From Octopus sinensis (lineage: Eukaryota): a stretch of DNA of 64,000 bases. Positions 1 through 12,526 of the stretch are shown here, one piece after another. Position 1 is the stretch's first letter, and each line of letters starts with the position of its first letter. A model generated the notes under the pieces. The model searched no databases. It saw only the letters and a program-made list of their open reading frames with translations, and was not told the origin of the DNA. The stretch spans positions 68,758,001 to 68,822,000 of the forward strand of contig NC_042997.1 of NCBI RefSeq assembly GCF_006345805.1. The letters are read 5' to 3'. The translations under genes and the position numbers were made by a program.

Positions 1-859
1 TTAAAGCTCATGACGTAAGGAGCTGGAACATAAAATATACAATTCGACGGCTGTCAATGTTTCAGACAAGGAAACATAATTTTGAGTGAGCATATCTGCT
101 GGTAAGAGTGGAATTCTGAGTATATTTGCATCTCTTTCGGTATATCCTATACGAGTATTATTTTTATACACTTTTTAACAACCATCTTGTGGCATGGTAT
201 AGTTGCACTGATTTAAACTACACAGTAGGGTTATTTGTTAAACTTTGTGTGGCAGCAAACACACAGAATACAACGAATTTAAATATTTTGCTGGATTGTA
301 AACTATTTCTTTAAGAACTATAGAGTCTATTTACTTTTAGCGTTGTACTATTTTCTCGAAGTGGCTGTAAAGGCTACCAATTTTTGCAGTTTCTCAGACA
401 CTACTTTTTGTATAGCTACTTGCAGGTTAATTGATAATATTACAGCTTAATTAAGCATTTCGATGTATAAAATATCTCCTGTCTTCACGCCAGCACTTGT
501 TTGGGTTGGATCTTTCGTGTCATTACTCTCAGATAAAAGTTTTCCCTCTCTAGCTCATACATGTTTGTCAAAACAGAATGACGGTCATTTTTGTAGATAG
601 TTTTCTTATATTTGATCGAAAGTAATGATAATTTAATGCAACTGCTAATTTCAACGACTTTTGTTCTATTTGGGATTATTAGCAGTGCATGACATTGCCA
701 TTTCTTACCATCCGATTTTAGATCATTTGTCATGCAAGTCCCGTAATATCCTATCTAATACGCTTTAATTAATTTTGGGCTGTAGAGGATTCCAAGCCGA
801 ATCTCTAGGCAGCCGAGTAAATATCACGGCGAAGCCACAGTAGTTTCTCTTAATCGACC

Positions 860-1950
860 GATTAAGCGACCTATTAGCGTTAAGCATGATTTGTTTTTCT
901 AGACCTGATAATGTGGAAGCTTATTCTCCCACTTACCTCTCTTCTATTACCCCTGAGTTGAAGTTAGAATTCAGACTTTATCTGATAAACTCGAACAGTT
1001 GCAATTCTCAATATATTCAACCCGCTAGAATTCTCGTGGCCAAGGGAATTTCTAGGAAGTGTAGAAAGGCCTACAATGTTTTGTTAGGTGGAGGCGCAAT
1101 GGCCCAGTGGTTAGGGCAGCGGACTCGCGGTCATAGGATCGCGGTTTCGATTCCCAGACCGGGCGTTGTGAGTGTTTATTGAGCGAAAACACCTAAAGCT
1201 CCACGAGTCTCCGGCAGGGGATGGTGGTGATCCTTGCTGTACTCTTTCACCACAACTTTCTCTCACTCTTACTTCCTGTTTCTGATGTACCTGTATTTCA
1301 AAGGACCGGCCTTGTCACGCTGAATATCCCCGAGAACTACGTTAAGGGTACACGTGTCTGTGGAGTGCTCAGCCACTTACACGTTAATTTCACGAGCAGG
1401 CTGTTCCGTTGATTCGGATCAACCGGAACCCTCGTCGTCGTAACCGACGGAGTGCTTCCCCCACAATGTTTTGTTGGTATCATAATCGTTTTTCGGTTAA
1501 TGTCCACAACTTTATTCAACCGTATCCTTTCAAATCATCTGTCCAACGGCAGGAAAGAGCCGTCGCCAGGGATTAAGTGCAAGTACATCGCTGGGGGCGG
1601 GGAGGGGGTTCTTTCGATATGTCACATATTCCAGCCTATGACACGATTTCAAAACATCGATTCCTATCTGATACACGAGAAGCTTGCAACATTAGGCCCG
1701 TGAAATTCTTAAGCGATTTGTGGAAACCATCATCTATTATATTACAAGCTATTAAGCGTTATCTTACTTCTACTTTCGGTGAAAAATCTGACATTGGGTC
1801 TTAATTTGAGGCGTCAGTTCAAATGGTTCTTTATAATTGCCAAACTTCCGTATCCTAACCTTGGTACCGACTTTCTGCATCATTTTGATCTTCTTGTAGA
1901 TTTGAAATAAAGGCGAATGATAAATTCAGAAATGGAATTTTCTACGTAGA
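860..1950 (+). mobile_element. Decayed Ty3/Gypsy gag-protease relic, interrupted by a SINE
   Basis: Frameshifted translation gives RFLSDTREACNI (degenerate FLxDTG protease motif) and LTLGLNLRRQFKWFFIIAKLPYPNLGTDFLHHFDLLVDLK (ILGxDFL motif). The gag assignment of 860-1070 is weaker. Confidence 0.7.
1086..1462 (+). mobile_element. Full-length tRNA-derived SINE with 13-bp TSD
   Basis: A-box TGGCCCAGTGG and B-box GGTTTCGATTCC. TSD ACAATGTTTTGTT at 1073-1085 and 1463-1475. Related pieces at about 9843-10015 (-) and 50580-50800 (+). Confidence 0.9.
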
Positions 1951-4136
1951 GGTAGTAAGCTAAGTCTCTCGGCAGTTTGACCTACGAAAAGCTCTTGGTT
2001 AGGTTGCATATGACTGAATACCATTCTCTAGCGATCCTAGTATAAAGCATGCTTCTCACTCAAAATAAGTGGATTTATTTTGCCATTCACTATTTGAAAA
2101 TCTTGAAATATTCTATGGAGAAGTTATTGAAAGAAGCCTTATTATTTCTACTAAGGGTACTGTGAAGCATATTTTCACCTGTCCTTCAACGAAGAAATCG
2201 TACATCCTTTATCCGCATTAATTATTATTTGATATTTAATAGGATGGAACCTCATGATGTAAACTTTTTCTGCATATGGATCATGCTGCTATAGTTTGAA
2301 GAAAGTTGTCAATTTTACATCGAAAAGACATGAAACTTACAACTGTAAGCTGTAAGCTATTACAACGTCGGTATTTATTTGATTTTACTGTATTGCAGAA
2401 ATAAGAACTGATTTTACATTAAATGACTCGGTGAGGAGTGGGAGAAGGTAGAGAACTATTGTCCTCTCATTTTGCTCTCTCTAACCAATGATTAGGATAT
2501 CTTTGTCTTCTTTAAAACGGATAGCTCTCTTCAGTTGTTTGTGCCTCGTTGCTAAATGGTCTTGAAAACCCTTTCTTGCATTTGTTAGCTTCCACGCAAG
2601 TGACCTTCATTTGAGACGGTGACAGGAGCCATGAAACACCTTGGTTTCAACAATACTTTCAACAAACACTTTCTCCCTCTGTGCATCTAAATTCTCTGCA
2701 GATATGACAAGACCAATCTATTACAAGTGAATCTTAATTATAAACTACATCCGAATTATTCATATGGTAAACTATAGTTTTCTTCTGCACTGTTGATAGA
2801 AGCAGAAGTTGTAACTAATTTCTTATAAACGAAACTGAAATTAACTGTTAACGAGTTTTGAGCTTGTGCTCGCAAAATGCATATTATTGCTTAATATAAA
2901 TCAGCTATTACGTTATAAATGCCAGTAACCTTGCAATCAATTTTCTGCTGATTCTGTGAATTTAGATTCTAGAGGAGAAGAGTAAGTAGACAAACAAAAG
3001 GTGTGTTGATAGTATGAGAAAAGAAAGTATATGAGAAAAAGAGAAAAAGTAAAGAGGTAAGAGAACATAAAATGAGAGTTATAACTTGTTATACAACGAA
3101 TGAGAAAAAGGAAAAAAAATTAATTAGGTCACAAAGCTTTCAGTCAGAAGAAAGAGAATTAGAATCGTATAACCAACGATTCAGCTATGTAGTAGCTGAT
3201 AAGAGCAAAGTCTGATGGATATTCAGGCGGATAAACACATGCGCGCGCGCACTCACACACACACAAACACACACGTACATGTAAGTGCACATAATATTTC
3301 TAAAAACGAATTCATCATGTTTAATCGCTTTGCAACAATAAGATTACCACATATTTTGACTTTAGTTCTCTTGTACGTAACAATTACCATATAGCCTGAC
3401 TGAAATCCCTACTTTGTAAAAGAGTTAATATGGTCTACTGAGCATTTTACCAAAAAAGCAGTTAGGTATTATATTCTTTCGCCCTAATCAGCACTCTTTC
3501 CGCTATAATAGTATTAAATAACAGTATGTAATATAGAAAATATATTACATAATATAGAATTCGAAATCTTTTATAGAAGATGACATCAATCTATGTAACA
3601 ATAAAACTTATGCATGATATTGGAATACATGCATTCCTAAAGATGTGAGAGTCTGTCTGTTTTACAATATTAAGATTGTTGTTCGACAGAAAATATCGTT
3701 TATCAATAGTTAAATCACTGACACAATCGAAGTTGCTCATTACATAAATTAAGTGCGAAGCAATTGCTGAAACAAGAAAATAACAATATTTATTGGGACC
3801 AATTTTCAAAGGTCTATCTTTCGTCTGTGGTTGTCTGGGGCTTCAATTAGGAAGGTCGGCCGAAATTGATGGGATGTGCGTGACCGAAACCACACTATAA
3901 ACGTAGAAGTGAGCACCAGGTTCCAAGATAATTGAATCTTCACGAAACTGTATTGCAGAGTCCAAACAGAAAGGTGATACATCGCACTCAAACAGTTCTA
4001 CTGCAAGTGAATATTACTGTATATTCTACGGCAAATAATTTTCTGCTAAAAATTCGCAACTTATAAACAACACATTACCTGCTTCCTTTGTCTATTTGTA
4101 GAAGCTTGGTCATTCTCATATCTGATGAATAAACCA

Positions 4137-4177
<41 letters not shown>

Positions 4178-4338
4178 CACACGCACACACACATGTACAC
4201 ACACACTTATATATGTATCTATCTAACTATCTATCTATCTGTCTGTCTGTCTCTTTGTCTGTCTATCTATCTATCTATCAATATATATATATATATATAT
4301 ATAATTGATCAAAATAAAAACATGATGCCAAGGATTCA

Positions 4339-4416
4339 GCGGTACATATGTTTCGGGCCTTTATTAGATAGATTTATAACAATGCATAATGTATGTCTGT
4401 GGCCTTCTTCAGCCGC
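4339..4416 (-). ncRNA. Minimal type I hammerhead ribozyme motif (Penelope-like-element type)
   Basis: Minus strand reads GCGG-CUGAAGA-AGGCC...GGCCC-GAAA-CAUAUG-UA-CCGC. Helix I is GCGG/CCGC, the core is intact, helix II is GGCC/GGCC, helix III is palindromic, and the cleavage triplet is GUA. Confidence 0.78.
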
Positions 4417-4619
4417 GCACAACAGCTTCCTCAAGGACATGTGTTACATCACAAATTCTTGGTTGGGGATGCAAATCCTCTCATTCGCGTACGACATAAT
4501 TCGGCAACAGCATAGAATTGAAGCGTCCATCTCTTTCTTCTCTCAATGTAGAATGAGGAAATTTGGATGTTGAAGTAATGTAAATAAATTAATAAATAAA
4601 TACATATATAGACGTGAAG

Positions 4620-4930
4620 GAACCTGGTAATAAGAGTAAATAGGAGTAAAGATGGAGGGGCGAGAATTCAGGACGAAGGATAAAAAATATATAAAAAATA
4701 TATAAAAAGTGTAAGTATAGAAAAATATAAAAATGTAGAGTATAAAGATATAAAAAGATATAAGGAGATATAAAGGAGATATAAAGAATATAAAAAAATA
4801 TAAATGAATATAAAGGCATAAGTTTATAAAGTAAAAATAGAAATAGAAATAAAAGTAAAGAAATAAAAATAGGAATAAAAATGATAAAAATCTAAAAAAA
4901 TATAAAAATATAAAGATAAGGGATGTATAG
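4620..4930. repeat. A-rich low-complexity tract
   Basis: Degenerate ATAAAA/ATAAAG units; source of spurious F/Y/I-rich minus-strand ORFs. Confidence 0.8.
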
Positions 4931-5508
4931 AGGTTACGGACCAAACATGGTGGTCAGGAAATTGACAAAATTTAGTTGTAGAAGCTTTGGGTGTCAATAA
5001 ATCAACAGGGTCGTATATATATATATATATATGTAGTTTTATCATGGCTACCGAATAATTGTCACATATCACATGTACAGATAAATTCCTCTATTTACGT
5101 AATATCGAGGTCTCTTTCTCTCTTTTGCTGTCTTACCAATTTTATCAATATATTAATTATTATATTATTAATTTATTAATTTTTAGGCACGAAAATACTT
5201 ATCTTACTACAGAAACCCGCGATATATGCTGAGGAGTCTGCGACAGCTGAACCGCGATGAGATAATCACCTAGCGAGTTCCCCTTAAAAACGAGGCTTTT
5301 CCCCACTCCATATTTTAAAGAGTTATCAGGCCAGCAGTGCTTTGGGTCTGAAGGCACGCCGTAAGGCTAAAACCCTTCCGAACGAGAAACACAGGGTAAC
5401 CCCATAAACCGTCCTACCCCACTATAATATTAACTGCTCTATATTTTAGAGTGTGCTTCTCCTCCGGATTTAAGTATTTCTACAAACGATCCACATACAC
5501 ACACACAC

Positions 5509-5544
<36 letters not shown>

Positions 5545-5763
5545 TATGTGAAATAGAAAGATGAATAATCTTGTAGTAGATTAATCAACAGTTTAACCGA
5601 TACCTTAGTAGCAAAAATCACAGCAGTAATATATATATATATATATTGGCCTGCTCGCTTAGCCAGCGGGGTGGCGTCATTTGAAGGCTAAAACAATGCG
5701 AAGCGCATTGTGACCAGCGATGTGTAGCAACATCTGATAGTCTGGTCGGTCAAAGTGATCGCG

Positions 5764-5795
<32 letters not shown>

Positions 5796-5799
<4 letters not shown>

Positions 5800-5958
5800 G
5801 GATCAGGCGTGGGTGTGTGTTAAGAAGCTTGTTTCCCAACCACATGGTTCCGGGTTCAGTCCCACTACATGGCACCATGAGCAAGTGTCTTCTACTATAG
5901 CTTCGCGCCGACCAAATCCTTGCGAGTGGATTTGGTTGACGAAAGCTAAAAGAAGATC

Positions 5959-5998
<40 letters not shown>

Positions 5999-6157
5999 GG
6001 ATCAGGCGTGGGTGTGTGTTAAGAAGCTTGTTTCCCAACCACATGGTTCCGGGTTCAGTCCCACTACATGGCACCATGAGCAAGTGTCTTCTACTATAGC
6101 TTCGCGCCGACCAAATCCTTGCGAGTGGATTTGGTTGACGAAAGCTAAAAGAAGATC

Positions 6158-6202
<45 letters not shown>

Positions 6203-6390
6203 CCCCACCATCGCTTGAAAATCGACGTCGGTGTGTGTACGACGCCGTAACATAGCGATTTGGAAAAAGAGACCGATAGAATAAGTACTAGGTTTACGAA
6301 GTATATGTCCCAGGGTCGATTTCTACGAGTAAAGGCGGTGATGCAGCATGGCCGTAGTCAAATGACTGATACAAGTAAAAGAATAAAAGA
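5796..6390 (+). mobile_element. tRNA-derived SINE (CORE-like body, internal (TA)n) with tandemly duplicated 5' half
   Basis: 199-bp unit repeated at 5796 and 5995, B-box-like GGTTCAGTCCC, tail GGCGGTG..CAGCATGGCC..GTCAAATGACTGA. Other copies at about 7005-7395 (+) and 15380-15720, 26255-26590, 29315-29700, 36170-36290, 40085-40290, 49316-49730, 51120-51340 (all -). Confidence 0.85.
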
Positions 6391-7999
6391 ATATATATAC
6401 ATGCACTATGCGCATGCCTGGTGGTTAGGGTACTGCACTCACGATTCCCATGTCGTGGATTCGATTCCCAGACGGAGCGATACGTTGTGTTCTTCGGCTT
6501 CATTTCACATTCTACTCCAGTCAGCTGTAAATGGATAACACTGCAACGAACTAGTTTTATGATCAATTGGAATGCTGGCTTTCTCTTCTAGCCAGTGATG
6601 TGGCATCTTTCGAAAGCAAAAACGATGCGAAGCAACGGTGTATAACAACATCTGGTAGTCTGATTGATCACGTAATCACATAAAATAAACTTACATGCAT
6701 GACTGTATGTCTGTCAGCCTGCATGCATATATGTATGTATGTATGTATGTATGTCATATATGTATGTATGTATGTATGTCTGTCTAACCCAAATGGGTTA
6801 ATGTTTTTTGTAAATGTAGCGAATCGTTCTTGATGCTCGTATTTACTGAGGCTGCGAAAAGTGTAAATTTTTTTTGCGTTCATCCTCTGAGGAAGTTTCC
6901 GTTGTTATTGTATTTAATGATTTAGAATAGCTATAACCACACTGTAAGCCAAATACATGAGCATAATACAGTTTCTTCTTGCAGTCATTTTACACAAAAT
7001 AATCATTCTGTGTGGTAAGAAGTTTGCTTCACAACCATATGGTTCCGGGTTCAATCTCGGTACGTGGCACTTTGTGCAAGTATCTTCTAGTATAAACGCA
7101 GGCCGACCAAAGCATTGTGAGTGAATTTGGTGGGCGGAAAAATAAAGAAGCCTGTCATATGAATCTGTATAACTATGGTTGTGTGTACTTCTGTTTGTCT
7201 TCCACCACCGCTTGACAACAAGTGTTCATGCGTTTTCGCTTCTGTAACATAGCGGTTCGGCAAGAGAGTCCGATAAAATAGGAGCTATCCTTTAAAAGAA
7301 GTAAGCCCTAGTGTCAATTCGTTCTACTAAAATATTATTCAAGGCATTGTCCCAACATGGCCGTAATAAAAAATGAATGATAAAAGATAGGAATTTATGA
7401 ACAGCAACGACGTTGGTGACACATTGCAATGGACAGTTCACAGTTTCACTACCTTTACAACGGTGATATTCATATTTGTGTATGTGTTAAAGTTAGGCGG
7501 AATGCAATGGGAACACATACGTAATGCATTGAGTCTTGAAGTAAACTTTGTATCCGCCCTCGATAATTTCAGTTTATCTCATATGGAGTATTAAGAGATA
7601 CTTAATAAAAGCAGGGCATCATGTCTACCATTATATTAGGATAAAGTCTTGTATTTACGCAAGAAAACATTTCAGATCTTGTTGAATGCTCTGGTTGAGT
7701 TGAAATAATTCTGTCAAGAACCTAGATTGCAATTTAACGTTTATTGACATCATGCAGCTTAAATTAGTTAACAAATCAAATAATCTTCAAATAATTCTCT
7801 TCATTAAGTTTTAATAATCAAGATCGTTTCATTATCTAATAAAAATATAAACTATTATTGAAGAATAAATTACAATACAGTCGATATGAAGCATGACGAT
7901 ACGATATAAAAAATTTGATAAAACTAATTTAGCATCTTGTATTATAATATATGTCTGTCTATCTAAATTGATCAATTACCTGTTTTTTTTTTCTCAAAG

Positions 8000-8086
8000 G
8001 GATGAATATATTTGTTGCCTTCTTCGTATTGCTATTATTATTAGCAGAGTCAACACCACCTGCAGCTTCAGCAATTCCACTAATTG
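8000..8086 (+). CDS. nAChR-family (Cys-loop) subunit, internal exon encoding M2 and the M2-M3 loop
   Basis: Polypyrimidine tract plus AG at 7998-7999; GTAAGT donor at 8087. Exon is 87 nt, phase 1/1, and translates (G)MNIFVAFFVLLLLLAESTPPAASAIPLI(G). It aligns to nAChR M2 and the P..S..PLIG loop; an 87-nt M2 exon is the alpha7-like gene layout. Confidence 0.93.
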
Positions 8087-9779
8087 GTAAGTCTAGTTTT
8101 TTCATTTTTCGAATTATTTACTTATCGATTTTTAATCAATGTGAGAGCACAGTCATTTATTTCAAAAGTGGTAAAACACAAGCTATAACCCTCATGCTTT
8201 CAGCATGTCATCAACGGAATGATTTAAGCTGAAACAGGAACCGCAACAGTGTCACAGACAAGGTTCACTCGGAGTATATAAATGAGTTCTTCAGGACCTT
8301 GCCATATTTGTGTTTGAAGTAAACATACAATTGCATAATGTTAAAAGGTTCAGTTGCATAATGTTAATATATTTATTCGTAGTTCTTGGATGTTGATGAT
8401 AAATTCTTTAATTACTTACATAAAATTTATATTCTTTATATTCTTTACATATCTCAACGATTCGATTTAAATCTCAAATCACAAATGTTTCTTGCATGTG
8501 AATAGGTTTTAAAAAGGAGCTAAGTTTCTGGAAGATTACCTAATGCTTTCTTGGTTTCCTGTATATTTGAAGACTTGAATTGCTCTTAGCATATGTCCAC
8601 AAGGAAATTTGATTACGTTTCAGCTAAAATACCATGTAGGGAATCACTCCTTGACGCGAAACGTCAACAAATTGAATGAGCCATCGAAAGCAATGTGCCG
8701 ACAGGAACGTAATGAGTATTCAGAACAAAACTACGGAAATAAAATTCCTGAAAGTTCAGCAAGAAGTATTTGGTGCAAATCATCATCGGAAATTTTATTT
8801 GGCTTCAGATTAATGCCATTTCACCTATTTTACATCGCTAAGATATGTCAGAAATCTATTTTCAATTCCATTTAAACTTAAACGATGCTACTTAGATGAG
8901 AGAATCCAAACCTCTCTTTCCTTCTGCTCGTATTTTATTGAGTTTGAATTTATTCTTACATTTCTTTAAATCTGAAGAATATCACAATTGCAGTTATGTA
9001 TCAAGAATCCTGCAGCTGTCAATGGGGCACATATATTAGCCAAGTCCCAAGTGTTTATTTGCTATCAACCTTATTTTTTGAGAGTAAATTGCTGACATTT
9101 GATAATAGTCTTAACATGAAGACTATAATCCGCATTTTCTTTGTAGACCTCTAATATTTAACACTTACCTAAGAATATGTTATTTTGTCTATCTTTTCCC
9201 TAAAAATTTTAACAGTAATTACAACTGTCACAAATTTAATTGGTGTAAATTCACCATCATACCATCATAAATGCCAATTTTCTTTTCTAGGAATTAGTAT
9301 TTATTTGCAAGTAGATCAAAATATTTTTAGTTCCATGGTTAAATTTGAAATCGTGGTCTTCATTAATATAACATGGGAGCAGGTAGAAAAGGAGTCTTGA
9401 ATGAAAATCGAAATCATCTCGCAGACTCGCTAATATAGCAACATAAATCATATTTAACGGTGTTTGTAAAGTCGCCTATATATCAGTTGCATTCCTTAAC
9501 CTATGCAGAGTCATGGATCAACTGTCAACTCTTCTACATAGATTAATCTTATGATGTCTGGCGATTATTATTGACACATAAACACAAAGCAACACACATA
9601 AGAAGACAGGCATTGAAAGTTATAAATGTCATACGATATGCAAGAAAGCTTTGATCATGTTAACTGTGTCTATAGCTTGCAGAGTTTTAAAATATAACTT
9701 GACAGTTAGCTAGTGATCCATATATAACGTACATCCTCATCATTACCGTTCTTTCAACTTTTTCTCTATCTGTCTGTCG

Positions 9780-9844
<65 letters not shown>

Positions 9845-11634
9845 TGGCATTCCGTCGGTTACGACGACGAGAGTTCCAGTTGATCCGATCATCGGAACAG
9901 CCTGCTTGCGAAAGTAACGTGCAAGCGGCTGAGTACTCTACAGATATGTGTACCCTTAACGTAGACCTTGGGAAGATTCAGCGTGACACAGGATGTGACA
10001 AAGCTGGCCCTTTGAAATATATATATATATATCAACCACGATAGTGGTTGAATGTATTCTTAAGTCCACCATTTTTTCAATTGCAGCAGCTTCCAAGCTT
10101 CACCACAAATTCACTCCTCAACTAAGTTGCAAACTGTTGACAGTTTTAAAGAGGACACCTCCTCAGCTACGCTTTGGCATAAATAGCTTCAGATTTGGTT
10201 CAGTAGTAAAAAGGTTACATCAAAATATCTGCGACCTCAAGGGAGGCAGCAAGGCACCTATTCACCTTAAATTAACATAAACTTTTTAATTTTAAAATAT
10301 AAGTATACTTTTCTTAAGCTTAAATGATAGAAAAATGTATGAGGAATTCACAGTTGTATGAAAAGTTATGGGGTGAAATACCACGAAATTTCGTGTAAGT
10401 AAGAGAGAGAGAGAGTAACGCTTATCAATAAGAATATTAAAGAATATAATGCTAAAGTGAATACTTATTGTTCTAACACGGTGAACTGGCAGAAATGTTC
10501 GCGTCCCGGTCGAAATGTTTGACGGCATTTCGCCTATTGTATGCTTTGAGTTCAAATTCAGCTGAGATCTGCTATGCTTTTTATCCATTTCGGATCTATT
10601 CAATTTGACGTACAGATTATTTAATTAATTTTTTAAAACTAAATACTCTGAAACTTCCGATACTGGTACAAAGTGTCACATAAAACAGGGTTTGCTCTTA
10701 TCGTTTCTGACAAAATTTTGCATTTTAGAAGATATTTTGTCACAAGTTACAGAGTGTCAATGGGCAAATTCGTATTTGATAACTGCCAATACACGAAATT
10801 CTCAGTTTTAACTTACTCTCTAACTTCTGCCGATGATATATATGTATATTATACATATATGTGTAAAGGAATTTCATTACCCAATCAAACCAATGAAAGA
10901 GTCTCTACTTGGTCGCCCGAAACGCTAAAAATAACAGCCAATGTATCCCCCTGCTCAGTATTTTATAAGGGAAAATCCTAAAATCCTAAAATCCTGACAC
11001 ATTACTAATTATCTTATAACAGCAATGCCTTGAAAAATCATGGATTACATGGAAAAATGCGAGTATGAAAAGTAATATTCCTGGAAACGTACAGGACAAG
11101 TTATACTTATTACAACTGTAAAAGTATAGGACAAACTATTGCTTCAAATAAAGTAAAGAATAAGAAACTTTTTACTTAATAGATTGCAACTAAAATTAAA
11201 ATTTGAATATTAAAATATATTTTATTATAGTTTACAAATAACACTATATTTATTTAAATAAAATTTGGCTAATTTACTACCCTAAATACAGAAAAAAGTG
11301 ACTAATTAGACAAAGTTACAAATTAGCTGAACAGTTCTGTACAATAAATTTAAAAGATGAGAAATGTAAAAGTGAGGACCGTAAATTAGAAGAACTGGCA
11401 TTCTTTGCTGCAATATTTTTAAGTAAAAATTTTCTTACATCAACATCCAGTTCTTGAATTATACTCATTTTATCGGTCCTAAAAGGATGAATGGCGAAGT
11501 TGACCTCGATGTTGACAAATTCGAACCTACGCGCTCTTATGTATGTAGGTATTTATACACTATATATATGTGGGTGTGGTTTTGGTGCGTTAGTGTGAAT
11601 GTGTGTGTATGTATATGTAGGAATCTACCTATCC

Positions 11635-11758
<124 letters not shown>

Positions 11759-12526
11759 ACGCTGTCTGTCTATCTGTATGTACGCATGTTACTCTTTTGA
11801 TCCCGAATTCATTCATTATTTGTACTTTCTTTTTCTCATTTATTTTTCATTCTAATTTTTAAAATTGTAATACTATTTGTATAAATTACAATATGATGTA
11901 TATATCTACCAATAACTCTATTTCTATTTTAACGTTATGATTTCATTTGCAAGACTAAGTTTTACTCTATGGTAGTCCCTTAGGACTAGGTCTTTGTTGT
12001 CACTACCAAGAGGAAACAAATATATTCAATACAATTTCCTAAATTAAAACAAACACGATAGATTTCTAAACTCAGCACAAAGATGAAACGAGATGAAATT
12101 TAATTATGGTGTTCATGTCTTACTCTGTCTTATAAATTATACAGAGGAGCACTTCCATTTTGATAATAAATAGATATTGTTATTCCAGTCCGCTGTACAA
12201 AATCTGAATCATGGATTATATACGATGTATCACGCGGGCACCTAATTATTTCTTTCTTCAGATAACTTTTTTTGCGTTGCATAAATATTGTCACATAGTT
12301 TTTAAAGTATATAAATTAACTAAGAAATATTCTTTGTTCATGCACGATCACACTCTTAAACATGTACGAGCTAACACAAAATTGCACATGATATATTCAT
12401 GAGAAACTTAGTTACTGGTTAAAAAAAGACAAACCTCTCAACCACACAATAGGTACATCCAGTCTACTAATTAGGAAATTCTTCTTCTTCTTCTTCTTCT
12501 TCTTCTTCTTCTTCTACTACTACTTC

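Noticed and set aside
1090-1160. tRNA gene-like A/B boxes (also at about 25310-25385 and 40705-40770)
   Set aside because: They are SINE heads continuing into SINE bodies, with no complete cloverleaf evident.
8250-8300. Minus-strand CUGAAGA-ACUC..GAGU-GAA hammerhead-like motif near the M2 exon
   Set aside because: It lacks A15.1 and a properly placed helix I and III, so is probably chance.
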